Shown: positions 46,807-56,787 of the stretch, piece after piece | Layout of the letters: each line of letters starts with the position of its first letter | Position numbering within the stretch: position 1 is the first letter of the stretch | From: Dehalococcoidia bacterium | GTDB lineage: Bacteria; Chloroflexota; Dehalococcoidia; Plut-88900 | Direction: 5' to 3' | Length of the DNA stretch: 64,000 nucleotides | NCBI GenBank assembly: GCA_965207225.1 | Contig: CBDBLV010000005.1 | Location: 1,600,001-1,664,000, forward strand | Translations under genes and position numbers: made by a program | Notes under the pieces: model-generated | Seen by the model: only the letters and a program-made list of their open reading frames with translations | What the model was told of the DNA's origin: nothing | The model's database searches: none

Positions 46807-47049
46807 TTAACCTTCTACAATGTCTCCGACAATGGGGTCGACGCGGACGCCGCTTTCGGCCACCCAGGCAAGGCCGCTGTTGATCTGCTCTTCCTCACCT
46901 TCGAGTTCGAGGATAACCCAGCCCTGCGTGGCGGTGACATCCGCCCGGCGGATGTTGGTGACGACATCGAAGTTCTTGCCGAGGCCGTAGATGACGGGCT
47001 CGGTGACGAGCTCGGTGGGGAAGGTGAATTTGGCTTTCATCTTGACCAT
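46807..47049 (-). CDS. NIL domain protein
   Basis: EPVIYGLGKNFDVVTNIRRADV...GWVILELEG. Confidence 0.85.
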   Translation of the reverse strand: MVKMKAKFTFPTELVTEPVIYGLGKNFDVVTNIRRADVTATQGWVILELEGEEEQINSGLAWVAESGVRVDPIVGDIVEG

Positions 47050-47072
47050 CTCCCTGATCCTTCCAAATCCGG

Positions 47073-48323
47073 CTAGGCGATAGCGGTGGCCCGGATGCCG
47101 TTCCCCCGGGCCTCCAGGGCGTCTTCGAAAGAGCTGATGGTAGGTTCAACCATGACAGGGTCCACAATGTCGCTGACGGGCTCCTGGGTCTTGAGACCCG
47201 AGCCGGTGATGTAGGCGACGGTGAGGTCGTTGCGCTTGATGACACCGGCCTCAGCGAGCTTCTTGAGCCCGGCGATGGTAACACCGCCTGCGGTCTCGGC
47301 GAAGATGCCTTCGGTACGGCCGAGAAGGGTCATTCCTTCGACAACCTCGGGGTCGGTAGCAGCGACACCGGCGCCGTCGGTCTCCTTGATGGTCTTGAGG
47401 GCATAGTAGCCGTCTGCCGGGTTGCCGATTGCAAGGGACTTAGCGAGGGTGTTAGGCCTGACGGGCTTGATGTCCATGCGACCGTCTTCGTAGGCGGTGA
47501 TGATGGGAGAGCAGCCTCGGGCCTGGGCAACGGCCATCTTGGTGTGCGGCACGTCGGAGAGGCCGACCTGGGCGAACTCGTTCATGCCCTTCCAAATCTT
47601 TGTGTAAAGGGATCCGGAGGCAGCGGGCACGACGGCCCAGTCGGGGCAGCGCCAGCCCAGCTGTTCGACGACCTCGAAGCCGAGGGTCTTGGAGCCCTCC
47701 GAGTAATAGGGGCGCATGTTGATGTTGGCGAAGGCCCAGTAGTACTTGTCGGCGAGTTCACTGCAAAGGCGATTGACCTCGTCATAGTTGCCCTTGACCG
47801 CCACGAGGGTCGGGCCGTAGACGGCGGCGGAGAGGACCTTGCCTCGCTCCAGGTCGGCGGGGATGAAAACGTAAGCCTTGAGGCCGGCCCGGGCGGCGTG
47901 GGCTGCAACGCTGCCGGCGAGGTTGCCGGTGGAGGCGCAGGCGAAGGTGTCAAAGCCGAACTCCCGGGCCTTGGTGGATGCGACCCCGACGACCCGGTCC
48001 TTGAAGGAGTGAGATGGGTTGCCGCAATCGTTCTTGATGTAAAGGTTGTCGAGGCCCAGCTCCCGGCCAAGGTTGTCGGCTTTCAGTAGGGGGGTAAGTC
48101 CGGTGCCCAGGTCAACGACGTTGCCGTTGACGGGCAGAAGGTCCTTGTAACGCCACATGGTAAGGGGCCCGGCCTCGACGCTCTCGCGGTTGAGAGTTCG
48201 GGCCACGGCGGCGTAGTCGTAGACGACTTCGACGGGGCCGAAGCACCATTCGCAAACGTTCATGGGGTCAAGGGGGTATTCCTTGCCACATTCCTTGCAG
48301 CGAAGCGCAATGGCGTTAGACAT
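47073..48323 (-). CDS. thrC: Threonine synthase-like PLP enzyme
   Basis: CxxC/CxxC N-terminus, NPSHSFKDR, ASTGN, EGSKTLGFE, SLAIGNP, ITGSGLK. Confidence 0.9.
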   Translation of the reverse strand: MSNAIALRCKECGKEYPLDPMNVCEWCFGPVEVVYDYAAVARTLNRESVEAGPLTMWRYKDLLPVNGNVVDLGTGLTPLLKADNLGRELGLDNLYIKNDCGNPSHSFKDRVVGVASTKAREFGFDTFACASTGNLAGSVAAHAARAGLKAYVFIPADLERGKVLSAAVYGPTLVAVKGNYDEVNRLCSELADKYYWAFANINMRPYYSEGSKTLGFEVVEQLGWRCPDWAVVPAASGSLYTKIWKGMNEFAQVGLSDVPHTKMAVAQARGCSPIITAYEDGRMDIKPVRPNTLAKSLAIGNPADGYYALKTIKETDGAGVAATDPEVVEGMTLLGRTEGIFAETAGGVTIAGLKKLAEAGVIKRNDLTVAYITGSGLKTQEPVSDIVDPVMVEPTISSFEDALEARGNGIRATAIA

Positions 48324-48414
48324 GCTGGCCTTCTGGCGAACCTGGTGAATAAGGGGCGTTAGGGAGAAACTCTTCCCGGATGGTCTTTGAATTACAGGTT
48401 AAAATCCGCGCTAG

Positions 48415-48443
48415 ATGCTAGCAAGGGGCAGGGGTAGTGTCAA
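48415..48443 (-). promoter_or_regulatory. Sigma70-type promoter of the thrC operon
   Basis: TTGACA-17-TAGCAT with extended TG. Confidence 0.6.
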
Positions 48444-48444
48444 G

Positions 48445-48482
48445 GAAAAACAGTCACGGGCAGGCTTCACGCCTGCCCGTGA
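48445..48482 (-). terminator. Intrinsic terminator of hsp20
   Basis: 12-bp stem TCACGGGCAGGC/GCCTGCCCGTGA followed by CTGTTTTT on the minus strand. Confidence 0.75.
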
Positions 48483-48509
48483 TGGGCAACTGGGTCCAAG
48501 GGTCCGGGA

Positions 48510-48965
48510 TTAACCGGCCTTGATCTCAATGGTCTTGGCCTGAGGCTTGACCTCCGGAACCCGGGGCAAGGTGAGGGTGAGGACGCCGTTTTCGAATCGG
48601 GCCTCTACGCTGTCATCCTGCAAGTCTTTGGGAAGGGCGAGGCTGCGGTAGAAAGAGCCTGAGTGGCGCTCGCGGATTACGTACCCCTCCTTCTCGGTCT
48701 CCTCGACGGGATTGACCTGTCCCTCAATGGTGAGGCGGTTGTCCTCGATGGTAACGTTCACGTCCTCGGGCTTGACGCCCGGTAGAGAGGCCTGGATGAC
48801 GACCTGCTTTTCATCGGCGGTTACGTCGATGGGCATGGGGTTGTCCCGCCTTAGTTGGGAGGTGTAGCCGTGGAATCCCCAGAAGGGGTCGTCCCAAAAG
48901 CGGTCCATGAGCCTTTTCATGCCGTTGAATCCTGCGAACGGGTCTCGCTTCACTATTGCGTTCAT
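48510..48965 (-). CDS. Hsp20/alpha-crystallin small heat-shock protein
   Basis: LPGVKPEDV, RERHSGSFYRSLALP, FENGVLTLTLP; AAGGAGG RBS. Confidence 0.96.
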   Translation of the reverse strand: MNAIVKRDPFAGFNGMKRLMDRFWDDPFWGFHGYTSQLRRDNPMPIDVTADEKQVVIQASLPGVKPEDVNVTIEDNRLTIEGQVNPVEETEKEGYVIRERHSGSFYRSLALPKDLQDDSVEARFENGVLTLTLPRVPEVKPQAKTIEIKAG

Positions 48966-49037
48966 ATAGTTCCTCCTTGTAACTGGTTCCTGATGCCTGT
49001 CCTGTGCCTGGGGCCTAGGGATCCCGGGCCGGGTTTC

Positions 49038-49151
49038 CTAGAAGTACCTGATGCCGATTCCCGTGACCTGAGCGACGTCCCCGAGAATGCTCATGAGTGT
49101 CTGGAGGGGCTGCCGACGAGCGGATGTTCGAGCGGTCCTCTTGATGGCCAT
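49038..49151 (-). CDS. Putative 37-aa small protein upstream of hsp20
   Basis: AGAAAGGAG RBS, then ATG; first ORF after a near-consensus promoter. Confidence 0.5.
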   Translation of the reverse strand: MAIKRTARTSARRQPLQTLMSILGDVAQVTGIGIRYF

Positions 49152-49193
49152 GTGGGCTCTCCTTTCTACAACAGCGTTGTCAACTATGGTGAT

Positions 49194-49222
49194 ATCATAA
49201 GACCCAACAAATGCATTGTCAA
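49194..49222 (-). promoter_or_regulatory. Sigma70-type promoter for the small ORF and hsp20
   Basis: TTGACA-17-TATGAT. Confidence 0.75.
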
Positions 49223-49275
49223 GAACATCAGCAATAAGTATGCCAAATACTTCATGTATTAATATAACAATAGCA

Positions 49276-49304
49276 TTGACATATCTGCAGGCAAACACTA
49301 ACAT
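49276..49304 (+). promoter_or_regulatory. Sigma70-type promoter for dnaJ-hspR-clp
   Basis: TTGACA-17-TAACAT. Confidence 0.65.
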
Positions 49305-49338
49305 ATAAGCGTCCCAGGAGATCCGAGGGGCAAACTGA

Positions 49339-50247
49339 ATGGCAAAGCGCAGTTACTACGAAATCCTGGGCGTCAAGAAAGATGCCACGCAAGAAGAGCT
49401 CCGACGCGCCTTCAGGAAGTTGGCCCGGGAACATCATCCGGACGTGAATCCGGGAGTCGCGGATGCCTCGGAGAAGTTCAAGGAGATAAACGAGGCGTAT
49501 CAGACGCTTTCAGACCCGGAGGCGCGGAAGGAATATGACGAGGGTGGCCGGGTGTTCCGGGGTGGAGGTTGGAGCGGAGGAGACGGGTTCACGCGGACGT
49601 GGTCATTCTCAACCGGCGAGGCCGGGCCGTCGGGCTTCGGGTTTGGAGGGGAGCCGTTGGATGAGATATTGCAAGGGATTCTCGGACGAAGGGGCGGAGG
49701 CCCGAGCCCCTTTGCAAGGTCTGCACCCCGGGAGCATACGCTGGACGTCAGCCTGGAGGAGGCATACCGGGGAACGACTCGACTGGTGGAGATGTCGGGG
49801 ATGGATGGGAAGAAGCGAAGGCTGGAGGTCAAGGTGCCGGCGGGTGTTTGGACGGGTTTTCGGATGTCGGTTGACCCGGACAAGGGTCGGCCCGGGGCAG
49901 GACAGGGTGAAATCATTTTCTCGATCAGCGTGCTTCCCCACGACAGGTATAGGAGGGTGGGGAATGACATTCACGTGGAGACCCCCGTGTCCCTGTACGA
50001 CGCCATGCTCGGAGGGGAAGTGAAGGTGCAGACGTTAAAGGGTTCGGTGGCGCTGAAGCTGCCGCAGGGGACTCAAAATGGGCAGAGCTTCCGGCTGAAG
50101 GGTCGAGGGATGCCCGTTTACGGGGGGTTGGGGGTGGGGGACGCGTATGCGACGGTGAAGGTGATGCTCCCGACCGACCTCTCACAAAGAGAATCGGAAC
50201 TCGTTATTGAACTAAAGGAAATGAGAGACCGAAGGGGGTCCAAGTGA
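49339..50247 (+). CDS. dnaJ: DnaJ-class co-chaperone without Zn finger (CbpA-like)
   Basis: J-domain with HPD, G/F region, C-terminal domain, no CxxCxGxG repeats. Confidence 0.93.
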   Translation: MAKRSYYEILGVKKDATQEELRRAFRKLAREHHPDVNPGVADASEKFKEINEAYQTLSDPEARKEYDEGGRVFRGGGWSGGDGFTRTWSFSTGEAGPSGFGFGGEPLDEILQGILGRRGGGPSPFARSAPREHTLDVSLEEAYRGTTRLVEMSGMDGKKRRLEVKVPAGVWTGFRMSVDPDKGRPGAGQGEIIFSISVLPHDRYRRVGNDIHVETPVSLYDAMLGGEVKVQTLKGSVALKLPQGTQNGQSFRLKGRGMPVYGGLGVGDAYATVKVMLPTDLSQRESELVIELKEMRDRRGSK

Positions 50248-50612
50248 ACCGATACAGCGAATCGGAGCCGCTTTATGGCATTAGCGTGGCGGCGCGAATG
50301 GTGGGTGTACACGTCCAAACATTGCGCTACTACGAGAGAGCTGGACTGATAAAGCCCTCCCGGTCCGGGGGCAATACGCGCTTCTACTCGGACAGGGATG
50401 TGGCGCATTTGCAGAGGATAAGGTCCTTGATTGACGACCTGGGGGTGAACCTTGCGGGGGTGGATGTGATTATGAGGATGTCAGAGCGGATGCTGGAGAT
50501 GCAGAAAGAGTTGACAGCGCTAAAGGAAGAGCTGAACCAGCTGATGTCCGGGTCCCGGGGCACGGGGAACCGGGTGACACGAGTCCAGGATTCAGGGAGT
50601 AAGAGATGGTAA
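50244..50612 (+). CDS. hspR: MerR-family heat-shock repressor
   Basis: [42 protein letters not shown]. Confidence 0.9.
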   Translation: MNRYSESEPLYGISVAARMVGVHVQTLRYYERAGLIKPSRSGGNTRFYSDRDVAHLQRIRSLIDDLGVNLAGVDVIMRMSERMLEMQKELTALKEELNQLMSGSRGTGNRVTRVQDSGSKRW

Positions 50613-53053
50613 TGAGACCTGACAGATACACGGAACAGGCCCAGGAGGTCTTGCGGACCTCCCAGGCCTTGGTAAACGAGATGCGCCACACCCAGTGGGA
50701 CGTTGAACACTTGGTGCTAGCCATGCTGGAGCAGGAAGGCGGCCTGGCGCCTGAAATTCTGGAGAAGCTGGGCACTGCCCCTCACGGGGTGGCGAAAAGA
50801 TTCAGGCAGGAACTGAAAAAAACACCTACGGTCGCCTACGCTGGTCAGAATATTTACATAACTCCTCGCATTTCGAAACTGCAGGAACGGGCAGTAGCGG
50901 AGATGACCCGTTTGAGGGACGATTTCATTGGAATCGACCACCTACTGGTGGCTGCGGTGGAGGAAAAGGAGGGGGACGCACCGGTCATCTTCCGGGAGTT
51001 TGGCATCGAGAAGGAGAAGGTGTACCAGGCGCTGCAGGAGATCCGGGGCACGAGCAGGGTCGCCGACCCCCGGGCAGAAAGCCGGTACCAGTCCCTACAG
51101 AAATACAGCACGGACCTGACGGCGCTGGCCCGGGAGGGTACGCTGGACCCGGTTATCGGGCGGGAGGTGGAGATCAGGCGAGTGATGCAAATCCTGACGC
51201 GCCGGACCAAGAACAATCCCGTCGTCATAGGAGAGGCGGGTGTTGGAAAGACGGCCATCGCCGAGGGGCTGGCCCAGCTGATAACCGCAGGGGATGTTCC
51301 GGAATCGCTGAAGGGGCGTCGGGTGATATCGCTGGACATGGGGTCGATGGTGGCGGGGAGCAAGTTTCGCGGGGAGTTCGAAGAGCGGCTGAAAGCGGTA
51401 ATGGAGGAGATCCGGAAGGCGCGGGGGGAGATCATCCTGTTCATAGACGAGATACACCAGGTGGTCGGGGCAGGGAGCGCAGAAGGCGCAATAGATGCGA
51501 GCACGTTGCTGAAGCCGGCGCTGTCCCGGGGCGAATTGCAGTGCATCGGCGCGACGACGATGGATGAGTACCGCAAGAACATCGAGAGGGACGCCGCCCT
51601 GGCGAGACGTTTTCAACCTGTGCTAGTCGAGGAACCGTCAGTTGAGGACACGATTGAGATTCTGAGAGGGTTGAAGCCGAGATACGAGGCCCATCACAGG
51701 ATCACCATCGCGGACTCGGCGTTGACGGCGGCGGCGAGGCTGAGCCGTCGTTACATCTCCGATCGGTGCCTGCCGGACAAGGCGATAGATCTGATAGACG
51801 AAGCCTCGAGTAAACTGAGAATCGACCTGGAGGGGGCGCCAGAAGAGGTCAAGGAGATGGAAAAGGAAGTGCAGCACCTGTCCGACCGGGAAGAAAGCGC
51901 ATCCCAGCGGGAAGACTTCCAGAGGGCTGCCGAGATCAAGTCTGAGAGGCTGGTCCTGGAGGAACGCTACCAGAAGGCCCGGAACGAATGGCTCACCAGC
52001 GAAAAGCTCGACGGAACGGTAGACGAGGAGGACATTGCGGAAACGGTGGCCCTGATGACCGGTATCCCCGTGTCCCGGATGCTGGAAGGTGAAGCCGAGC
52101 GGCTTCTTCACATGGACAAGAGGCTGAAAGAGAGGGTGATCGGCCAGGACGAGGCGATCGAGGCGGTATCCGAGGCGATCAGGAGGGCGCGGGCAGGACT
52201 GAAAGACCCGAAGCGGCCGATAGGGAGTTTCATATTCCTCGGGCCGACGGGAGTGGGGAAGACGGAACTAGCCCGAGCCCTGACGGAGTACCTGTTCGAC
52301 GATGAAGAAGCGATGGTACGAATCGATATGTCCGAGTACATGGACAAGCACACGGTCTCCCGGATGATCGGGGCGCCACCGGGATACATCGGGTTCGACG
52401 ACGGGGGCCAGCTGACGGAAGCGGTACGGAGACGACCCTACAGGGTGCTGCTGTTCGACGAAATCGAAAAGGCCCACCCGGACGTGTTCAACGTTTTGCT
52501 GCAGCTGCTCGAGGACGGCAGGTTGACGGACGGCCAGGGGCGCACGGTGAACTTCGCGAACACCGTGGTGATAATGACGAGCAACCTAGGGACGTCCCGA
52601 TTCCAGGAGGACCCGGTCGGGTTCCTGAGACAGGGCTCCTCCGAGGCAGACGATGCCGACATCAAGCGGAACGTGGAGCGGTCTCTGAGACAGGCCTTCA
52701 GGCCAGAGTTCCTGAACCGGATAGACGAGACCGTTATCTTCAAGTCGCTGGGCAGGGAAGAGATGGTCCAGATAGTGGACTTGCTGGTCGCGGAGGTGCA
52801 GGAGCGGCTGTCCGACCGGGAGATCACGATAGAGTTGACGCAGGAAGCCAAGGAATGGATTGCGGACAAGGGATACGATCCGCAGTTCGGGGCCCGGCCG
52901 CTGCGCAGGACGGTGCAAAGATACGTCGAAACACCGCTTGCGCGAAAGGTGCTGACCGGCGAGATCGGGAAGGGCGGCAGCGTCAGGATCGACGAGAGCG
53001 ACGGTGAGATCGTGTTCGACAGGTCGGCAGTGCAGGCGGAACTTCTGGTATAG
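50606..53053 (+). CDS. clpC: Clp/Hsp100 AAA+ ATPase, ClpC-type
   Basis: Clp N-domain, [16 protein letters not shown], short UVR-like middle domain, VGF loop. Confidence 0.9.
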   Translation: MVMRPDRYTEQAQEVLRTSQALVNEMRHTQWDVEHLVLAMLEQEGGLAPEILEKLGTAPHGVAKRFRQELKKTPTVAYAGQNIYITPRISKLQERAVAEMTRLRDDFIGIDHLLVAAVEEKEGDAPVIFREFGIEKEKVYQALQEIRGTSRVADPRAESRYQSLQKYSTDLTALAREGTLDPVIGREVEIRRVMQILTRRTKNNPVVIGEAGVGKTAIAEGLAQLITAGDVPESLKGRRVISLDMGSMVAGSKFRGEFEERLKAVMEEIRKARGEIILFIDEIHQVVGAGSAEGAIDASTLLKPALSRGELQCIGATTMDEYRKNIERDAALARRFQPVLVEEPSVEDTIEILRGLKPRYEAHHRITIADSALTAAARLSRRYISDRCLPDKAIDLIDEASSKLRIDLEGAPEEVKEMEKEVQHLSDREESASQREDFQRAAEIKSERLVLEERYQKARNEWLTSEKLDGTVDEEDIAETVALMTGIPVSRMLEGEAERLLHMDKRLKERVIGQDEAIEAVSEAIRRARAGLKDPKRPIGSFIFLGPTGVGKTELARALTEYLFDDEEAMVRIDMSEYMDKHTVSRMIGAPPGYIGFDDGGQLTEAVRRRPYRVLLFDEIEKAHPDVFNVLLQLLEDGRLTDGQGRTVNFANTVVIMTSNLGTSRFQEDPVGFLRQGSSEADDADIKRNVERSLRQAFRPEFLNRIDETVIFKSLGREEMVQIVDLLVAEVQERLSDREITIELTQEAKEWIADKGYDPQFGARPLRRTVQRYVETPLARKVLTGEIGKGGSVRIDESDGEIVFDRSAVQAELLV

Positions 53054-53179
53054 GTCTGCAGGGGCGAAAGGCTTGGGGCCCGGCGGATGGGATGTCCGCC
53101 GGGCCCTTGATTTGCCTGTGATATCATCGTCGGGTGGAGGGGCGGAGACACAGCTTCCGGAGTTAGGAGAAATTCAACG

Positions 53180-54322
53180 ATGACACCAGGCAACGATGCC
53201 TCGGGGGTGTACAGCGCTCTCGGGATCAGGACGATTATCAACGCGACCGGCACTACGACCCTTTACGGCGGCACCAAGACCAGGCCCGAGGTAATAGACG
53301 AGATGGCGCGCTCGGCGAGGGTGATGGTGAACCTTGACGACCTGAACCGGGCGGCCGGAAAGATAATCGCTGAAGTTACGGGGGCGGAGGCGGGGCTGGT
53401 TACGAACGGAGCGGCAGCGGGCCTTGTATTGCAGGCGGCGGCATGCCTCGCGGGGTCGGACCCGGTGAAGATGGCCCAACTGCCGGACACGAGCGGTATG
53501 AAGAACGAGTTCATCATCCAGAGGTGCCACAGGTTCCCGTACGACCAGGCGTACCGGGTGGCGGGGGCCAAGCTGGTGGAGATCGGAGATGGGCGAAGGT
53601 GTGCTCCGTGGCAACTGGAGGCGGCGTTTACGGAGAACACGGCGGCGGTGGCCTATCTTCACGCTAACTTCGTGTCCAAGCGGGCGATACCCCTGGACCA
53701 GGTCTGCGAAATAGCCCACGCCCGGGGGGTGCCGGTGATAGTAGACGGGGCGTCGATGCTGCCGCCCCGGGAGAACCTGCGGAAGTACATCGCCGAGGGT
53801 GCAGACATGGTGATATTCAGCGGAGGCAAGGGGGTCAAGGGGCCGCAGGGGTCGGGGATACTGGCGGGGCGGGCGGACCTGATAGACGCTGCTTTCGGGC
53901 ACGCCAGCCCGCACCAGTTCATCGGCAGGCCGATGAAGGTGGCCAAGGAAGAGGTGATGGGCCTGCTGGCTGCCCTGCAGATATTCGTAGAAGAGGACGA
54001 GGAGGAGGAGAACGAAAGGTACCGGGTGATGATGCAGAGGGTGGTGGATGCGCTCATCGAGGTGCCGGGCCTGCACGTCCAGCTGGAGCACGACGGGTAC
54101 GACTTCACGGTGCCCTCGGCGCGGATCAACTTCACGGAGGACTGGGCGGGCCCGACTCCCAGGGAGGTCTTCGACGCCATGGCCTCGGGGCCGGAGCCGA
54201 TTTACCTGAGCGACCTGGGTGACCCCGACGACTTGACGGTGGTCCCGACGAACCTCGATGACGCAGAAGTCGAGAGGGTGATTGTGAAGCTCCGGGAGGT
54301 GCTGATGGGGGGTAGGGGGTGA
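53180..54322 (+). CDS. SelA-like PLP-dependent enzyme (DgaE-related)
   Basis: INATGTTTLYGG, VIVDGAS, FSGGKGVKGPQGSG, IGRPMKVAKEE. Confidence 0.88.
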   Translation: MTPGNDASGVYSALGIRTIINATGTTTLYGGTKTRPEVIDEMARSARVMVNLDDLNRAAGKIIAEVTGAEAGLVTNGAAAGLVLQAAACLAGSDPVKMAQLPDTSGMKNEFIIQRCHRFPYDQAYRVAGAKLVEIGDGRRCAPWQLEAAFTENTAAVAYLHANFVSKRAIPLDQVCEIAHARGVPVIVDGASMLPPRENLRKYIAEGADMVIFSGGKGVKGPQGSGILAGRADLIDAAFGHASPHQFIGRPMKVAKEEVMGLLAALQIFVEEDEEEENERYRVMMQRVVDALIEVPGLHVQLEHDGYDFTVPSARINFTEDWAGPTPREVFDAMASGPEPIYLSDLGDPDDLTVVPTNLDDAEVERVIVKLREVLMGGRG

Positions 54323-54340
54323 GGGTGTTGTGGTGGTCGA

Positions 54341-54464
54341 TGATTGAAGGTAGATTGAAGTTGATTGAGTTTGATTGAAGAATGATTGAACGTTGATTGA
54401 ACTCGTAGCTGGTTTGCTTGAATGACGACTAAAGGGATTAGGGGGAATTTCGCGTGGCGCAGGG
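54341..54464 (-). repeat. Element W copy 2 (six TTCAATC-like units)
   Basis: Reverse-complement homolog of 18271-18365. Confidence 0.85.
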
Positions 54465-54522
54465 GACAAGGGGGAGAGGCAGCAGGGCCACACGAGACGG
54501 ATTGACGAATCTCGGCCCCCCA

Positions 54523-54803
54523 CTCGCACTTCGAGAGCCTCAGCACGAGCGGCCCAGCCCCCGGGCATGGGTTCCCGATCGGGGTCGAGAATGACGAAGG
54601 GGAGGGGGCGGGTTTTTGATTGTTTTGCGATTTCAGGCATTGGTTTGATTGTTTAAGAAACGGGGAGGGCGGAACCCTCACCCCCTTGATCCCCCTCTCC
54701 CTCAGGGCCATTGAGGGAGAGGGGGAGACAAAAACAGAGGCATGCACATGCGCCTTGGCGCATGTGCATGCCTCTAGTTCAATACTGGGAAGAGAGGAGG
54801 GGA
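54523..54803. repeat. Mosaic of Y, X, the 41-bp AT-rich element (54615-54655) and element Z (54671-54803, reverse)
   Basis: Direct sequence similarity to the copies at 16.4-18.3 kb and 5423. Confidence 0.85.
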
Positions 54804-54904
54804 AGGTTGGGTTGTTCGGGTGTTGGGTCTGGGTTTGCATTTTGTCTGTTGGGTTGTGGGTGGCGATGGAAGACACTTTCTGGACTTTGCCCCTGTTCCT
54901 ATCC

Positions 54905-55410
54905 AGGCAGCTTGTAGGTGTCCTGGGGTCGGGGGACACCTGCCGCCGGCAATTGCTATGCCTCCACGTACTAAGTACGGGCTGCAAGCCAAACAGGCCG
55001 CGAGCAATCGCCAGCTTCCTCGTACCAAGCAAGTACGGGCCGCAAGGCCACTTACGCCGGTGAGTTCAACGGCCAGGCCCAGCTCCCTGAGGGAGCGGCA
55101 GCATTGGGCTGCCGTCGGAACGGCTATGACATGCCCTGCCGCCAGAGCGCATCTAGGCGCTCGGCCCGCCTCAAACGACGTCGAAAGGACTCGCAGGGGG
55201 GCCAGCCCGACCCTCACGTATGGGAGGGGAAGCCAAGGCCTCGACCCTCATGCACTGAGGGGGAGGCCGGACGGGAACGGTGTAGACCAGAGCGTCTATC
55301 CATCGCCTAGATGATCAGGGAAGGGGCACGGGACCCGGGTGGGGTCGGGTGGGCTTCCCTGGGTTTTTGGTTCCTCCCTTGATGATGTGAGTTAGTGTTC
55401 GATCGAATGC
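54905..55410. ncRNA. Putative large structured non-coding RNA, unassigned
   Basis: Long-range 10-bp helix, two internally duplicated hairpin modules, no credible ORF, adjacent promoter. Confidence 0.4.
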
Positions 55411-55415
55411 AGGAT

Positions 55416-55444
55416 ATGATAGTATGATCGGACAGGTGTGTCAA
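55416..55444 (-). promoter_or_regulatory. Sigma70-type promoter facing the 54.9-55.4 kb region
   Basis: TTGACA-17-TATCAT on the minus strand. Confidence 0.65.
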
Positions 55445-55513
55445 GAGCAAATGTGCGGCTTTGAGGGGTGAGGGGTAACATACGTGACGAATTGGCAAGG
55501 CGTGGGCATCCCC

Positions 55514-55710
55514 CCGCTCATACTTCGAGTGGCCTCAGCATGAGCGGCCCCGCCCCAGGACGACCCGCCGGTCGCCCCTACGGGGAGGGGACTGGACACC
55601 CCGCACTACCACCTCCCTGGATTCCCCCCGACTCCTCGGGAATGACGAAGGGGAGAGGGGAGGGATTCACGCCATAGGCGCATTTTCGACCCGGTCGCGG
55701 TCGGGAATGA
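55514..55710. repeat. Y and X repeats upstream of prs
   Basis: GCTCATACTTCGAGTGGCCTCAGCATGAGCGGC near 55516; TGGATTCCC..GGGAATGACG at 55618. Confidence 0.8.
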
Positions 55711-55735
55711 TGGGGAGGAGGGGGGTGGGGGGCTA

Positions 55736-55744
55736 TGCTATAAT
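55736..55744 (+). promoter_or_regulatory. Extended -10 promoter of prs-secA-polX
   Basis: TGCTATAAT. Confidence 0.6.
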
Positions 55745-55835
55745 CGGGGGGACAGGCGGAGACCATTCCCATAGGCGCGATCCTCTTTTCCCGCTGATCA
55801 AGCGATAACTTAATCTGTTTCGAGGGAGTGACGGG

Positions 55836-56777
55836 GTGAGAGATGAACTCAAAATCTTCACCGGCAATGCCCACCCGCAACTAGCCGAGGATATCTGCAA
55901 GTACCTCGGCATCAACCTCGGACAGATAGAAGTCTTCGAGTTCAAGAACGAAAACATATTCGTCCGCATCCAGGAGAACATCCGGGAGAGGGACGTTTTC
56001 CTGGTCCAGCCCGTAGTATCCCCGGTCAACAACAACCTGATGGAGCTGTTGATCATGATAGATGCGGCGAAACGGGCGTCGGCGGGGCGGATTACGGCGG
56101 TGGTGCCGTATTATGGATACGGGCGTACGGACAAGAAAGACCAGCCCCGGGTTCCGATAACGGCCAGGCTCGTTGCCGACCTGATCACGGTGGCGGGCGC
56201 CGACCGGCTGCTAACCGTGGACCTGCACGCCGGCCAGATACAGGGGTTCTTCAACATCCCGGTGGATGAATTGACGGCACTTCCCATTATTACCGGCTAT
56301 TTCGAGGAGAAGGCGCTGGATGACGTGGTTGTGGTGGCGACGGACGTCGGGATAGCGAAGAAGGCCCGAGACATGGCGGAAAGGCTGGATGCGCCGCTGG
56401 CGATCATCGAGAAGAGGCGGGTCGGGAACGGGAATCCGGCGGAGAGCCTGAACGTTATAGGAGAGGTCCGGGGCAAGACGGCGATCACCTTCGATGACGA
56501 GATTGATACGGGAGGCTCCCTGGTCTCGGCGATTGATGCGCTGAAGGCCATGGGCGCCGAGGACGTATATTCAAGCTGCACCCACCCGATTTTCTCCGGG
56601 GATGCCACAACCGCTCTTGCAGACACCAGTGTCAAGGAATTCGTAGTGACCGATACGGTGCCCGTGCCCCAGGGCAAGAGGAACGGAAAGGTGACCTGCC
56701 TGTCCATGGCGCCGTTGCTGGGAGAGGCGATAAGGCGGATCCACGGCGGGGAGTCGGTGGGGGCCTTGTTCGGGTGA
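55836..56777 (+). CDS. prs: Ribose-phosphate pyrophosphokinase
   Basis: NNLMELLIMIDAAKRASA, DLHAGQIQGFF, DDEIDTGGS. Confidence 0.98.
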   Translation: MRDELKIFTGNAHPQLAEDICKYLGINLGQIEVFEFKNENIFVRIQENIRERDVFLVQPVVSPVNNNLMELLIMIDAAKRASAGRITAVVPYYGYGRTDKKDQPRVPITARLVADLITVAGADRLLTVDLHAGQIQGFFNIPVDELTALPIITGYFEEKALDDVVVVATDVGIAKKARDMAERLDAPLAIIEKRRVGNGNPAESLNVIGEVRGKTAITFDDEIDTGGSLVSAIDALKAMGAEDVYSSCTHPIFSGDATTALADTSVKEFVVTDTVPVPQGKRNGKVTCLSMAPLLGEAIRRIHGGESVGALFG

Positions 56778-56787
56778 AGGCCGGTAG

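Noticed and set aside
48324-48414. SAM riboswitch upstream of the thrC-like gene
   Set aside because: No ATCAAGAG/GCAACC-type SAM-I or SAM-IV core is present.
49038-49304. 88-aa version of the small ORF
   Set aside because: The upstream part overlaps both promoters; the RBS supports only the ATG at 49151.
49150-49338. CIRCE or HAIR operator
   Set aside because: Neither TTAGCACTC-N9-GAGTGCTAA nor CTTGAGT-N7-ACTCAAG was found.
55031-55049. AGTACGGGCCGCAAGG resembles the 16S rRNA ~890-900 helix
   Set aside because: The match is short and imperfect, with no flanking rRNA similarity.
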